The notes beneath the pieces were generated by a model. It saw only the letters and a program-made list of their open reading frames with translations. It was not told the DNA's origin and made no database searches. Source: Vicugna vicugna (Eukaryota). Taken from it: DNA of 64,000 nucleotides. Positions 25,480 through 37,924 of this stretch are shown piece by piece. The DNA lies in the NCBI GenBank assembly GCA_013265495.1, contig MU057989.1, positions 449,513 through 513,512 of the forward strand, given 5' to 3'. The position numbers and the translations under genes were made by a program. Within the stretch, counting starts at the first letter, position 1; each line of letters starts with the position of its first letter.

Positions 25480-26000
25480 TCTTTTTTGAATAATCATCAA
25501 TAAACCAAAAAGTTGGAATCACAATACAAAGGACTTTTTCCTCCTGAATCTTTTGAGAGTAGGTTGACAACTTGATACTTACTCTGTCTTTCCCAAATAT
25601 CTTAAGGTGTATCTCAGAGATACAAGGACATTTTCTATGGGAACACCACATAGCCATCAAAATTGCTAAATGAACATTAATATATTATATTATCTAATCC
25701 TTAGAACCCACTCAACTTTTGCCAATTGTCCTAATAATGTCTTTCATAGCAAAAAGATTCTGTTTAGAATCACAGATTGCATGTAGTTGTCTTGTCTCTT
25801 TAATCTCTGTCAGTATGAAGTGGTTTCTCAGTCTTTTCTTGACTTTCGTGGCCCCAACACTTTAAAATGTTATTAGCCCATAGTTTTGTAGACCATTTCT
25901 CAATTTGGGTTTCATGTTTCTTCATAATCAAATTCTAGTTAAGCATCTTTGGTAGGAATTCCACAGATGTGATGTTGCATGCTTCTCATTGTATGCTATC
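25480..26000 (-). mobile_element. Ancient L1MC-type 3'UTR fragment
   Basis: caaggacattttctatgg..accaca and tttgccaattgtcctaataatgtctttcatagc motifs. Confidence 0.55.
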
Positions 26001-26004
26001 AGAT

Positions 26005-26350
26005 AGTACTATGCACTGAACTGTGTCCTCACCCACAATTTCATACATTGAAGCCCTAACCCCAAATGTAATTGTATTTGGACCTAGGGCCTTTAGTAGG
26101 TAATTAGGGTTAAGTGGTATCATAAGGGTGGGGCCCCATGCTGATGGGATTGTTGACCTTATAAGAAGATGAAGAGAGGGAGATCTTTCTCTTGCCATAC
26201 ACACTCACTCAGAAGAAATGCCATGTATAGACAAGGCAGCCTTTTGCCGTCCAGGAACAAGTCCTCACTAGAGACTGAATCCTGCCAGAATGTTGACCTT
26301 GGACTTTCCAGGCTCCATAACTTTGAGAAAATTAATTCCTGTTCTGCAAA
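26005..26350 (+). mobile_element. MaLR LTR (MLT1A/MST-like)
   Basis: tactatgcactgaactgtgtcc...ttcatacattgaagccctaacccc...gaccttggactttccaggctcc. Confidence 0.7.
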
Positions 26351-26439
26351 TTACCTTCTTTTATTTATATATATTTATGTAGAAATTTAAATGTCTAATA
26401 ATAATGTGTTAATATATACCTGTGTATTAACACTGATTC

Positions 26440-26920
26440 CAATTTCAGTAGGAATCAGGGAAATTCAAATTAAAGCCACAATTAAATCTCTTTTTCTTCC
26501 CCCTATTGGCAGAAAATTTAAAGTATGACAATACCAAGTTTTGACAATAATATGGAGCAACAGGAGCTCATATTCTGCTGGAGGGTAGGTGAGAACTGGT
26601 ACAGCCACTTTGGAATTAATTAGTAAAACTGAAGATGTGCATACCTATGACTGATTTGTTCTATGACATACCGTAGAGAAACTCTCACAACTATACTGTT
26701 AATAGGTAGAAAAATCTTCACAGAAACATTGTTTATAATAAGCAAACAGAAACAACCCAAATGGCCAGTAACAGGAGAACAGATGAATGAATTGATGGTA
26801 GTCATACAATGAAATACTATACAGCAATAAAAATGAATAAAATGACAGCAATATGAATCAACCTTGATGTATGTCACAAATGTAAAGTCCAGTCAAAAAA
26901 GAACAGTGCAGAAAAGTGCA
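26440..26920 (+). mobile_element. Ancient L1ME-type 3' fragment
   Basis: gaaattcaaattaaagccaca...actggtacagccactttgga...aaacaacccaaatggcc. Confidence 0.65.
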
Positions 26921-27059
26921 AAACACAAAAAGCTTCCTGCAGCCATACAAGAAGTCTCATGTCCCTATTTGCATAATAAAAGCAAATGTGATCTCAGAAA
27001 ACAAGGAAACTTGGAGACATACACAAATATGTGATAGGATTACAGTTAATTTTTATTTT

Positions 27060-27688
27060 CTTTCTTTTTTTGTTCTGGCCCTCAAATCCACTGAGAGCAT
27101 TCTCTTAGCAGTGATCACCTTGACCCACTTGGCCATTTGTCAGCCCTCCACTATGCAGTGGTCAGGCAGTAGTGCCTGTGCCTGCAGTTGGCATCCCTAG
27201 CTTTACAGAATTTTTTGACAAGTCCCTAGTGCAAATGCCTGCCACCCTGCTGCTGCCCCTCTGTGAGCAGCACATAAGTTGGACCTCTCCTCTTTGAGAT
27301 GCCCACCTTGATAAAGCTTACATGTAGAGATAAATGTTTCAAAAAGTTCAGTGTCTTTTTTAACTACAATCATCTTCCTACTGGTTTCCGTGGGCTTGAT
27401 TTTTGTCACCTATGGCTACTTTTTCAAAGCCGTCCAAGGATCTGCTCAGCCAAGGACAGAGAGGAACATACACTTTGGAACCTGCAGGTCCCATGTGGTG
27501 GCAGTAGACTTCTCTTTCAGGCAGTCATCTATGACTAAATCTAGTGTAATAATAGTTACTTCCTTGATCAGACCAAGTTCCTTATCCTTCTGTTCTTATC
27601 ATAGTTTAACACCATGCTTCACACTCTTACCTACAGCCTGAGGAACCAGGACCTAAAGGGTGCACTAGAGAAATTTCTTGGTGGTTGA
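27060..27688 (+). pseudogene. Second, heavily decayed and 5'-truncated olfactory receptor (OR2 family-like)
   Basis: FVLALKSTESILLAVI..AICQP(L)HY, IFLLVSVGLIFVTYGY, FGTCRSHVVAV and TYSLRNQDLKGALEKFLGG*, with multiple frameshifts. Confidence 0.8.
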
Positions 27689-28899
27689 GAGACATGTGAC
27701 TAGGACTACTGACAAGCAGGGTTCTTCCCTTGCTTCTTCCCACAGTCAGACTCTGCTTCACCTCTCTCTCTCTCCCTCTCTCTCTCTCCTGTCAATAGAG
27801 CCATCTAGTTACCCTACGCTCTGAATACAAATGCAGCAAGGTACCTTAGAAAGTTCATGACACTAGGAGCCAGGAGACTTGAGCCCCTTGGTGTACTCCA
27901 CAAATAACTAGCCATGGCAGCCAGCAGATATATCTAGTACTTTGTTTCATCATCTGTAAAATGAATATAATAGCTGGCAGGAGCACTGTAGAGATTAAAA
28001 TAGATAAAACATGTGCCATTGCTTAGAGAAAACTACTTAGTTTATACTTAATCCAAGATGGAACACTTTCCATAAGGAGGTTTATCAATCTATTTCATAT
28101 CCCAACTCCCTCCATTTATATCCTGAAGGAGTACTACTTCTTCATTGTGCAACCAGATTGTACATAAATGATGGATGAATAAAGCAGGGCCAGAATAAAG
28201 GCAGAGAGAAGCCTTCACTATTCTTTCCCTCACACTCTACGTCCCAATCCAGCAGTTCCCTCTTCAGAATATATCTCAAATACTCCAATCTGGAATCACG
28301 TGCAAACACACACACGTGCACACACACACACACGTGCACACACGTGAAAATTAGGGAAGTATCTGAATGTCCATCAGAAGAGAAATGATTGAAGATTGAA
28401 TATATAATAGTAAATGCCAAATGCAAGAGCTGAAAAATATAAAGATGAAGTCGATATATTGAAGCAGAAACACTTGAAGATATAGTAAATAGGCAAAATT
28501 ACAGATTAAGGTCCAGAAAGTTATACACACTAATAAAAGTTATTTCCTCTGGAGAGGGAACGTAAGTTTGGGAGATAAGAGATGAAAGGATTTGTTTTTA
28601 AGCTAAGAATGTTTTGCTGTACTTATGGAATATGAAAAACTAAAACAGGTGGGGGGAAAGCATGGAATTAGAATCAAGTTCTAGCCCCACTTCTGTGATT
28701 TGCCAGTCGCTTAAACCCTGTCTTAGTTTCCTCGTCTGGAGAACAAAAATAGTAGTAATATTACTTCATAAGATTGGTGTGAGGATAAGTTAGTACGTCC
28801 GTGATTAAACTATATCAGGCACGAGCAAGTATTACGCTCTCGTCATTACTGTTGTCACATCTGTAAGAAGAGTAAGAGCCCTGGCAGGGTGGGTATATG

Positions 28900-29600
28900 A
28901 ACCAACCCCTCCCCGCAACCAAGTAACAGAAGCGGAAGCGCGTGTCAAACATAATAGCTGTAATCAATCGGAGAGATTAACAAACGCCCCGATCCAGGGC
29001 CCCCAATTGTCGAACAGCATTCCTGGTCCCAGATTATGACGCAAGGAGGATCTTGCCTCTTCATTGGGGCAGACTACTGTCCATTGGCGGAGGGCGGAAC
29101 CAGGTGGGGATCATTGTTCTTCAGGGCACGCCTGCGTGTCCCGCGGCGCTCTTTACTGGCGTGGTCCTTGCGCATGCGTCAGGCCAAGGTCCCGGCTTGC
29201 CCCGCGGCAGCTTCCGGCCTGGCGCGCTGGAAATGACGGTTGGGCGGGTGAGTCGAGTGTCTAAGATAGCCTTTGCCCCGCGGGGCCGGTTCGAGCGCAG
29301 CGGCTTTGGCCTTTCTCCTGAAGCTCTCGCCTTGTGTTCTAAGTCCTGGGACGGAAAGACTCGCAGCGGCCTTGAGCCGGGACCTCCACCCTCTTGGGAG
29401 GCGTGGGGCCGAGGTAGCCTGGTGTGTCGGCCCCGTTGCCCTTCAGGGCTCCAGTCCGCTCACTTTCCTAGTGAAGACGGCTTTTACGGGCTCCAAACCT
29501 CTTGCCCTTACGGTTTTTGCTAACAAAACACTCTTTCACTATGGCCCTTCCGCGTCCTTGTGGGCCCTTGTGTTGGGCAGTGGGGACTCGAAGACAACTC
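28900..29600 (+). promoter_or_regulatory. CpG-island promoter 1 with probable non-coding first exon (donor GTGAGT at 29248)
   Basis: High CpG density. NRF1-like tgcgcatgcg at 29169, ETS cttccgg at 29211, ATTGG boxes, tgacgcaa at 29037. Confidence 0.75.
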
Positions 29601-29675
29601 CTTACTCTCAGAGAGCTCCGAAACTAGTGGAGTAGATAGACCCGGGGAAGTAAATTCTGGTATTAGATGGAGTAG

Positions 29676-31554
29676 TGTAACTGAGCAAAGGCCGTGTGCC
29701 TGGGTCGCAAAAAGCCGGTCAGATAGCGAGTGTTTGCTGCAAAGAAAGGGGTTTATTTGCTGGGCGCCAAACGAAGGAGTAAAAGACAAGCCTCAGATTC
29801 ATTCCATCTTGGTCTTTAAGGTAGGGTTATTTATTTATTTTTTCTAAGAACAAGGAGGCTTGAATTAATCATGATCTTTTGACATTTATGTGACTTTTCT
29901 TTTTGCCCTTTAGAAAGTAGTTTATTGATGTGAAATTTTACATAAAGTAACACTTATTTAAAGTGGATAATTCAGAGTCATTTAATACATTTACAGTGTT
30001 GTACAACTACAGCCTCTGTATAATTCCAATTTCATCACTCCAAAGTAAAATTTGTCCATTAAGCAGTTTCTTGTGATACCGTATCCCCAGAGCCTGGCAA
30101 AAATCAGTGTGCTTTTTGTCTCTATGGATTTATTTAGGCTGGATATTTACATAAATGAAATCACACAATGTGTGACCTTTTGTGTCTGGCTTCTTTCACT
30201 TCCCATTATGTTTTAAAGATTAATCAATGTTGTAGCATTTATCAATAGTCCACTCATTTTTATAAACAAATAATATTCCATTGTATGTATAGACCACAAT
30301 TTGTCTACCAGTTCATCTGTTGATAGACATCTGAGATGTTTCCATTTTTAAGCTATGTGACTAGTGGTGCTGTGAGCATGCTTATATATGTAACAGCATC
30401 TGTTTTCAGTTCTTTGGTGGGAGGGGTGGTATATAACTAGGAATAGACTTGTGGGATGATACGGTATTCAATGTTTAAAGTTTTCAGGCAAAGCCAAGTG
30501 ATTTTCCACAGTGGCTGAACCATTTTACATTCCCACTGGCAAAATACAAAGGTTCCAGTTTTTCCGCATCTTTGGTAACACGTTGGGAGATTGTATTACT
30601 TATTCAATTATATTTACTTGTTACAGGTTGCATTAGTCTGCTAAGGCTTCAACACATTAATTTTAGGGGGACACAATTCAGTCCATAACCTAGGTGTATT
30701 TGAATTTCTTATTTCTTCTTGAATCACTTTTGGTAATCTGTGTTTTTCTAGGACTTTGTCTTCTCATCTAAGTTATCTAATTTGTTGTTGGTTTATAATT
30801 ATTCATGGTATTCTCTTATTAATTCCCCTAAGATTGGAAATAATGTCCCCACTTGCATTTCTGATTTTAGTTATTTGTGTCTTCTCTGTTTTTTCTTTCA
30901 GTCTTTGTAAATGTTTGTCGATTTTGCTGATCTTTTCAAAGAACCAGCTTTTCATTTCATTGATTCTGTTGTTTTTCTGCTATTTCATTGATCTCTGGTC
31001 TAATTGTTACTTGTTTTTTTTTTTTCCTTCTGCTAGCTTTGAGTTTAATTTACTCTTTTTCTACTTCCTTAAGGTGCTAAGTTAGGTTATTGATTTGTGA
31101 TCTTTTTTTTTTTAAATTGATGTATAATTGATTTACAATGTTGTGTTAGTTTCAGGTGTATAGCAAAGTGATTTTTCAGATTATTTTCCATTATAGATTA
31201 TTACAAGATATTGAATATAATTCTCTGTGCTGTACGGTAGGTCCTTGTTTATCTATTTTACATATACTAGTCTGTATCTGTTAATCTCAAACTCCTAATT
31301 TATTCACCCTGTCTCCTGCCTCTGGTATCCATAAGTTTGTTTTTTTTTTTAATTCATGAGTTTGTTTTCTATTTCTGTGAGTCTGTTTCTGTTTTGTAAA
31401 TAAGTTCATTTGTATCTTTTTTTTTTAGATTCTACATATAAGTGATATGGTATTTGTCTTTCTCTGCCTGACTTCACTTAATATGACAATCTCCAGGGCC
31501 ATCCATGTTGCTGCAGATGGCATTGTTTCATTCTTTTTTATGGCTGAGTAATAT

Positions 31555-31597
<43 letters not shown>

Positions 31598-32245
31598 TCA
31601 CATCTTCTTTGTCCAGTCATCTATCGCTGGACATTCAGGTTGCTTCCATGTCTTAGCTATTGTAAATAATGCTGCTGTGAACACTGGGGTGCATATATCT
31701 TTTCAAATTAGAGTTTTCTCTGGATATATGCCCAGGAGTGGGGTTGCTGGATGGTATGATAACTCTCTGCTTTTAATTTGTTGAGGAACCTCCATACTGT
31801 TCTCCACAGTGGCTGCACTAATTTACAATCCCACCAAAAATGTAGGAGAGTTCCCTTTTCTCCATACCCTCTCTAGCATTTATTATTTGTAGACTTTTTG
31901 ATGCTGGCCATTCTATTATGTGACATTTCTTGATCATAGTTTTGGCAGTCACTGGTTCTCAGTTATGAGGCTATGGTTCACAATGATCAGGCCAGGTAGT
32001 CCATGACCTGGGGGTCTGTTAACTCATCCTGAGTTTGTACATTAATGATGATGTGTATAATAGCAAATGTATTACATTGACAATGTTATGGAGAACAGCA
32101 ATCTTAGTCATCTGACGCTGGCTGATAAGTGGTCAGTTAGCAGAGGACTGAAGTCAGATGGGACAAGAAAGAGAATAATGTTTTGGATAGAGAGATTAAT
32201 CATAAACTCATTAAGGAAACTCAGTTGTAGGGGGACTCAGTTTCA
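29676..32245 (-). mobile_element. ERV solo LTR (~540 bp), split by a 2-kb insertion at 29902-31915
   Basis: Terminal inverted repeats tgtaactgag (29676) and ctcagtttca (32245); minus-strand AATAAA at ~29752. The halves rejoin across a 16-bp TSD. Confidence 0.75.
29902..31915 (-). mobile_element. 5'-truncated young L1 (31105-31915) with ~1.2 kb of 3'-transduced flank made of older repeat fragments
   Basis: TSD ttatgtgac(t/a)tttctt at 29886-29901 and 31916-31931. Internal poly-T at ~31103; (GT)n at 31557-31596. Confidence 0.75.
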
Positions 32246-32815
32246 CTAAGAGAAGATGCCCTGAGAGAAAGTTACAGGCAGGGCTGAGGAATTCAAAACT
32301 ATCAGGAGGTTTCAAGAAGGCAGTGATGGTGGTGTTACCAGTCCTCATCCTATGGATTTCTTGTCTATGATGGTGCACTCCTGGAAAATTTTTCCCATTT
32401 CCCCATTTCTAATTCCCTGGCTCAGATGCCCTTTCTACTTTGATTGGGAGTAATGCAGACTGGCAGCACCTCGTGTTCGGTTTCTATGGAAAGAATGAAT
32501 CAGGCCTTCGGAAAAGATTAGTTGTAAAGGCATTAAGGCTGGAGAGCACAGAGCCTGTTCCAGGACCAGTTCACCTATGCAGGATTGTAGAATGTGTGTA
32601 GGGTAGTGCACAATGAGGCTAGAGGAGGCTTGAATGCCAGGGAGAGCCTTGCAAGTTAGGAGATCTTGGCTTATTTTAGTGGCATTTGGAAGTCTTGACG
32701 CTTTTGAGCAATTAGATTACATTATTAGAAAGTCAAGAAGTCCAGAGGGGACAGATGGGAGACTCTTGTACCAGCCTGGCCTAATGATATATGCCTTGAC
32801 CCTGAGAACTATAAG

Positions 32816-33022
32816 AGTTCTCAACCGGGGGCAGCTGCTGCCCAGGTACATTTGGCAGTGTCTGGAGTCAATCTGTCACAACTAGCGGGTGCTCCTGACA
32901 TCTAGTGGGTGGAGGCCAGGAGTGCAGCTAAACATATTGCAATGCACAGGACACCCACCCACACAGACAACAAGGACCTGTCCAGCCCAAAATGTCAATA
33001 TTGCTGGAGTTCAGAAATCCTG
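32816..33022 (+). mobile_element. MER20 (hAT-Charlie MITE)
   Basis: gttctcaaccggggg...ggtggaggccagg..gctaaacat..gcaatgcacaggaca...cagcccaaaatgtcaata. Confidence 0.8.
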
Positions 33023-33733
33023 CCCTGGAGCTTTAAGAGTGGAAACAAAGGGGAGACAGAGCTCAGACACATCTCAGCCAGAGACAAGTCTTCATCTCCT
33101 TTTGTATTCTTTATAATGCTTAAGTACTGGACATCTGGTTAATTAGGTCTGAAGACCCCAGTCTTCCTCCTGTTTTTTCACCTATTCATTCACTTGCCAA
33201 ATAGAAATTTAGCACCAGACACTACTCGAGGTGCTGTGATTCAGCAATGAACAAAACAAACTACCCGCTCTCCAAGAACCTTACCTTTTTGTGGGGTGAC
33301 AGACATTAAACCAATAAATACATGTCAAGTAGTGAGATATGCTATGAGGAAGTTCCTGTAAGGTGGAGCTTCTCTCACTACCACCTCAGAGCATTCACTC
33401 TGCACCTTCTAACTGCCAAGCACACAGTCAGATGCTTTACAAATAGCATTTCTAATCTTTTTCTCTCTGCTGCAAGGTAGGTATTGTTACGCTCACATGA
33501 GATAAAGAGGCTTAGAGAAGCTGAATATTTTGCACCAGATCAGTAAGTGTGGAGTTGAACTGGGACTGGAAACTGGATATACCTGATGGTCAAAGTCTGT
33601 GCTGTTTCCATTAGGTAACACTGTCTCACATGCCAGACTGATTTGAATGGGAGAAGAAATCTATACCTTCTTTCCCACACTTAGGAAAATGACGTAGAAA
33701 TGAACTGTCACACTGACCTCTTTCTCTTTCCAG

Positions 33734-34155
33734 AGTGAAGTTTTTATCAGAGGGGCGTACCTGGAGGTGATTCTCCACATTGTAGGAACTGAATTTGAAG
33801 CCTCACATCAGCCTCAGTTGGAATTGAATTCCTCTTTATTGCTCACAGTCTCTCAGGTGGCTGATGGCAGATCCTGACCTCTCAGAGGCATTGGCCAGTT
33901 GGAGATCTCCCACCAGATCTTCAGACTCACCTGTTATCAGCAACTGCTGGGCCTCACTCACAAGGCCCTCAGCCAACTCTTGGAGCTCTGCTTGTGATGG
34001 TTGCAGCCCAAACTACATTCAAGAAGATCCTGGAGCTGAAGCAATTCCTAACCATCCTTCACAGGGAGATCCAAGCCTGGATGAGGGTGTGTCATCTAGG
34101 AAGCTTTGAGAATGCAATGACTGGTGCAGCATTTGGACTGAGAATGAAGGCAATG
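33734..34155 (+). pseudogene. Decayed SCAN-domain exon of a ZSCAN-type fossil gene
   Basis: Acceptor tttctctttccag|, donor |gtaag. Translates EISHQIFRLTCYQQ..KALSQLLELCL*WLQPKLHS/KILELKQFLTILHREIQAWMR, with one stop and at least 2 frameshifts. Confidence 0.8.
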
Positions 34156-34655
34156 GTAAGAAGGCAATGGTGAGAAGAGGAGTATGGAAAGAGAAAATGG
34201 AGATCAGGTTGGAGAGGGTCTGGGTGAAGGGACAGGCAGCTGCAACAAGATGGAGAAACTTGATGTAGCTGCTGCTTCTTAAGTACTTCTTTGTTTTTCT
34301 GATTGGTGTCCATGCCAACTTTTATTAGAGAATAGATTTTGTTTCACCTTTGAAGGAAGGGTAGGAAGAGAGAGAGGTGGGTCACTCATCACTCACTGAG
34401 CTTTCAGTAGGTCTCGGCTGCTATGAGTAAAGGAAGGAAGATATTGTCCCCGTAGAATTTAAGCTTTCTCCTCTGCATGTTATAATGACCTGAGCCAGTT
34501 CTGTAAATGAGAATCTTCTGGATCTTGAAATGCCTGCTGTAAGACAGGACTGCAATGCTACCACCCAAAACTACCATACTACAGGCAGTTATTTGCTAGA
34601 ATCCTGTGACCTGCACATGTGAAACTGCTCAGTCCTTCTCTTTGTCTCTACCCAG

Positions 34656-34801
34656 AAGCCACTGAGGATGAGCAGCAGGACTTTGAGGAGGCTGGAGCTC
34701 ATAACGGTGAAAGCAAGGATTTGGCTCTGGTGAAGTCAGTGATGAAATGGCACAGACTAGCCCAGCATCCCGGAAGTCCAGGGCTGTTCCCAAACTGACT
34801 G
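34656..34801 (+). other. Probable downstream exon of the SCAN fossil transcript
   Basis: Strong polypyrimidine acceptor (ccttctctttgtctctacccag|) and donor |gtaagg, with purine-rich exon-like content. Confidence 0.45.
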
Positions 34802-35149
34802 GTAAGGCAGTCCCTCACAGGAGGAGCAGACAAGAGGTGGCAAGAGGAAAGGAAGTGGGGTAGGAAGCGTGAGGGGCCCAGCTGTAGTTTTGGATGTGAC
34901 CACTTATCTGCCACCTTAGGCTGAGAAACCAAAATAGAAGTGTAAAAAGGGTTATTAACATTCTGCAGGCTTTGCCCTACTTCTTTTGATTGTGGGAATG
35001 TATTTTTTTAATCTGTCATGATAATGATTATATTAGCATGAAGAAATTTTAGATTTGCTTATATCATCACAGGAGCAATTCACTTCACAGTATCCATTGT
35101 TAACAGTTTATACATACTTATTTTCTTTTTTCCCCATTCTATTTTTTAA

Positions 35150-35220
35150 CCATTATTTTAATTGAAGTATAGTTAATTACAATGTTGTGCTAATTTCAGG
35201 TGTACAGCAGAGTGATTCAG

Positions 35221-35286
<66 letters not shown>

Positions 35287-35490
35287 TTTTTCTATATATT
35301 TTACTTCTTCTATATATGTTTTTTATATATATATATATTCTTTTTCAGATTCCTTTCCATTATAGATTATTACAAGATATTGAATATAGATCCCTGTGCT
35401 ATTCAGTAGGTCTTTGTTATTTGTTTTGTATATAGCAGTGTATATCTGTTAATCCCAAACTCCTCATTTCTCTCTCTCTCCTCCCCCAGG
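35150..35490 (-). mobile_element. Younger L1 3' end with expanded (TA)n(CA)n microsatellite at 35224-35286
   Basis: ttaattgaagtatagttaattacaatgttgtgctaatttcaggtgtacagc, same family as 12554-13063. Confidence 0.8.
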
Positions 35491-35667
35491 GTTGTGAGAA
35501 TATTTATTGCAATCTATTGGAAGTGCTTAGGAATCCTTGGGAAAAAGGATTAATGTTAACTGAAAAATTGTATCAGTTAGATAAAATGTTTCAGTAAGGA
35601 ATGGAGGTAGAGAAACTATATAGAGAGCCCTAGTATTTAACCTACAGGGAAAAACGGGCTTAAAAAA

Positions 35668-35794
35668 TTTTTTTTTATTTGGTGGGGGATAATTAGGTTT
35701 ACTTATTTATTTTTAAAGGAGGTACTGGGAATTGAACCCAGGACCTACTGTATACTAAGCATGTGCTCTACCACTTGAGCTTTACCCTCCCCCC
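35668..35794 (-). mobile_element. tRNA-derived camelid-type SINE
   Basis: Reverse complement of gggggagggtaaagctcaagtggtagagc...gggttcaattccc...aaacctaattatcccc. Imperfect TSD aaac(g/t)ggctt. Confidence 0.88.
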
Positions 35795-37441
35795 AAACTG
35801 GCTTTTTAATGTTTGGTCTGTATCAAACCAGGAGTCTAAGTTACATATTAGAAGAAATTGATATACTTGAGAGTGTTGCTGTTTATACAACCTACAATAA
35901 ATCTACAAATTTATTCTCAAGTGGTTAGTGCAGGGTTGATTTATCAATGGGATGTAGACACTGAGGTCCCAGAGAAGGTAACTGAAGCGACCACATAAGG
36001 AGTAGGGAGATCATAGGGGAAAGTTAGATTTATTTGAACCTGGAAGCCTGAAAGAGTGGTCCTGCAGAGCTGAGACTGAGAGCCTTGGGGGATGAGGTCT
36101 GCGTGGTGGTGCCTGACTGGTGCAGGTTCTGAGGGTGATGCTCTGAAGGGCACGCCACCTCTTGCCATCACCCCCCTAGTCCACTCTGAGCCACCATCAT
36201 GTCCTGCTGGGATTATTGCAGATGAGGATCTCAAACCTAAAATCATTACTGTCCACTAGTTCTGAGAGACTGGAAATAGTAGTTGCTTTTGAAAAAACTA
36301 AGTCCCAACCTGGGATTCTGAGGAAATGAACCTTCTTTGAAATACATTCAAGTGACATAGGCAGATGATTATTATTGTCACATCTGTTTAACCCTTTTCT
36401 CTCACTCAAAAAGGATCAATATATATGTCTCAAAGGAGTGTAACACCAGTCTACTTAAAAGAAAAAATAGTATAATGACTTGTTAGTGGTTCCATTTTCA
36501 TTCCTACCTTAAACTTAGCTCCAGATGAATTGCCATGGAAAGAAGCTCCTTCAAAAACCCTCAAATGATGTTCTTTATTATTTTATTTATTTTCTTAAAA
36601 GCAGTCTCTTAATTCCCAAAGTACTCCATAATAGATTCACAAGAACTTATTTTCTAACTTTAACTCTTTCTCTAAATGTAGCTCAATAACATTTAATTTA
36701 AAAAGTACTACAGATTTTCTCAAATGCTTATCTCTTTCAAGGCTCTGCTCTTACCTTTTTTTCTGCCTGGAATGTGGCCCCACTCTCTGCTGTGGGAAAA
36801 TCCCTCAAGATCTTGTATAAGTTTTTCCCAACTCCAAATCAACTTTCATTTCCTTAGAATTCCCACAGCTTATGTGTTACCCTTTGCTACGTTGTGTTAC
36901 TGATATTTGTGAAACTGCCTCAGTCTTTTTGCCAGATTCCTTGAATCAAAGATGTTGTCCTGTTGACTCTGGAACACTGACTACACGTAGTAGACTTAAT
37001 GAATAATCCCTTGACTAGTACCAGCTGACACTATGAAAACACTGACCACTGGAAGAACACTGACAACCCCAAATACTCAGGTTCTTCTAAATATGATTCA
37101 GTAAATATTTATGGAATGCCAGTCTTAGCCAGGCAACTCTGCCAAACGCTGCAGGACATACAAATGAAAAGAAGGATCCCATCTTCCAGGGAGCACGCAG
37201 TGGTAGGAAAATCAGAAGATAGCACAAAGGGGACCTGAATTCCACTGAAGGACCTGCTGCTGGTAAATTATGTGACCCTGAGCAACTCTCTTCCTGGCAA
37301 GGAAGCAAGCTCTCAATTCTCTGATGAGAACTATAAATGGAACTTATTTCACAGGTTATAAACTATCTAACAAGGAAAAGAAAAAACCAGAATCATTGTG
37401 AGCATGCCAGGCCCAGATATGGGTACAAACCCCTCAGGGGG

Positions 37442-37920
37442 TGTTAACCGTGACCAGAACAAAACTGCCTTTGTGAAAATTATAAAGAATAACTTCATAT
37501 AAAATGGAATTAGGAGTTCAGAGGGGAAGATCTCAGGCCCTACCAGTAGACACCAATTGTGTTAGAAAGAGAAAGAGAAGTACTTTGCCAAGAGGAAGGT
37601 TACTACTTTACTATCCAAAGGAAAGTTACTACTTTACTATCCAGAAGGAGGAAGAATTTCTCCTTGCCCAACAACAGCCGAGCCAATCAAAGACTGGAAC
37701 GATTCAGCCAATGAAAAACCACTCCATTTAAAACTGCCAGTTTTCCCCCAGGGGACTCTTATAACATCCCCTTGCAACTCCTGGTCCTCTCTGTAAAAGT
37801 ACCATTCTTTGCCTTTGTTCTCCAGACTGCTTATGATTGCCAGAGTTTTCATGTTCTAAATTGCAACTCTCTATTCGCTAATAAACTCATTTTGCTGATA
37901 AAATAACTGGCTGTTTTACT
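37442..37920 (+). mobile_element. ERV1-like LTR, 3'-truncated, abutting CpG island 2
   Basis: Starts tgttaacc. Two CCAAT boxes (37683, 37708), TATA-like ttataa at ~37759, AATAAA at 37880. No terminal repeat matching the start. Confidence 0.7.
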
Positions 37921-37924
37921 GCCC

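Noticed and set aside
29036..29847. Overlapping ORFs up to 156 aa (likewise 37887-38889)
   Set aside because: Expected by chance in GC-rich CpG islands; no recognisable domain.
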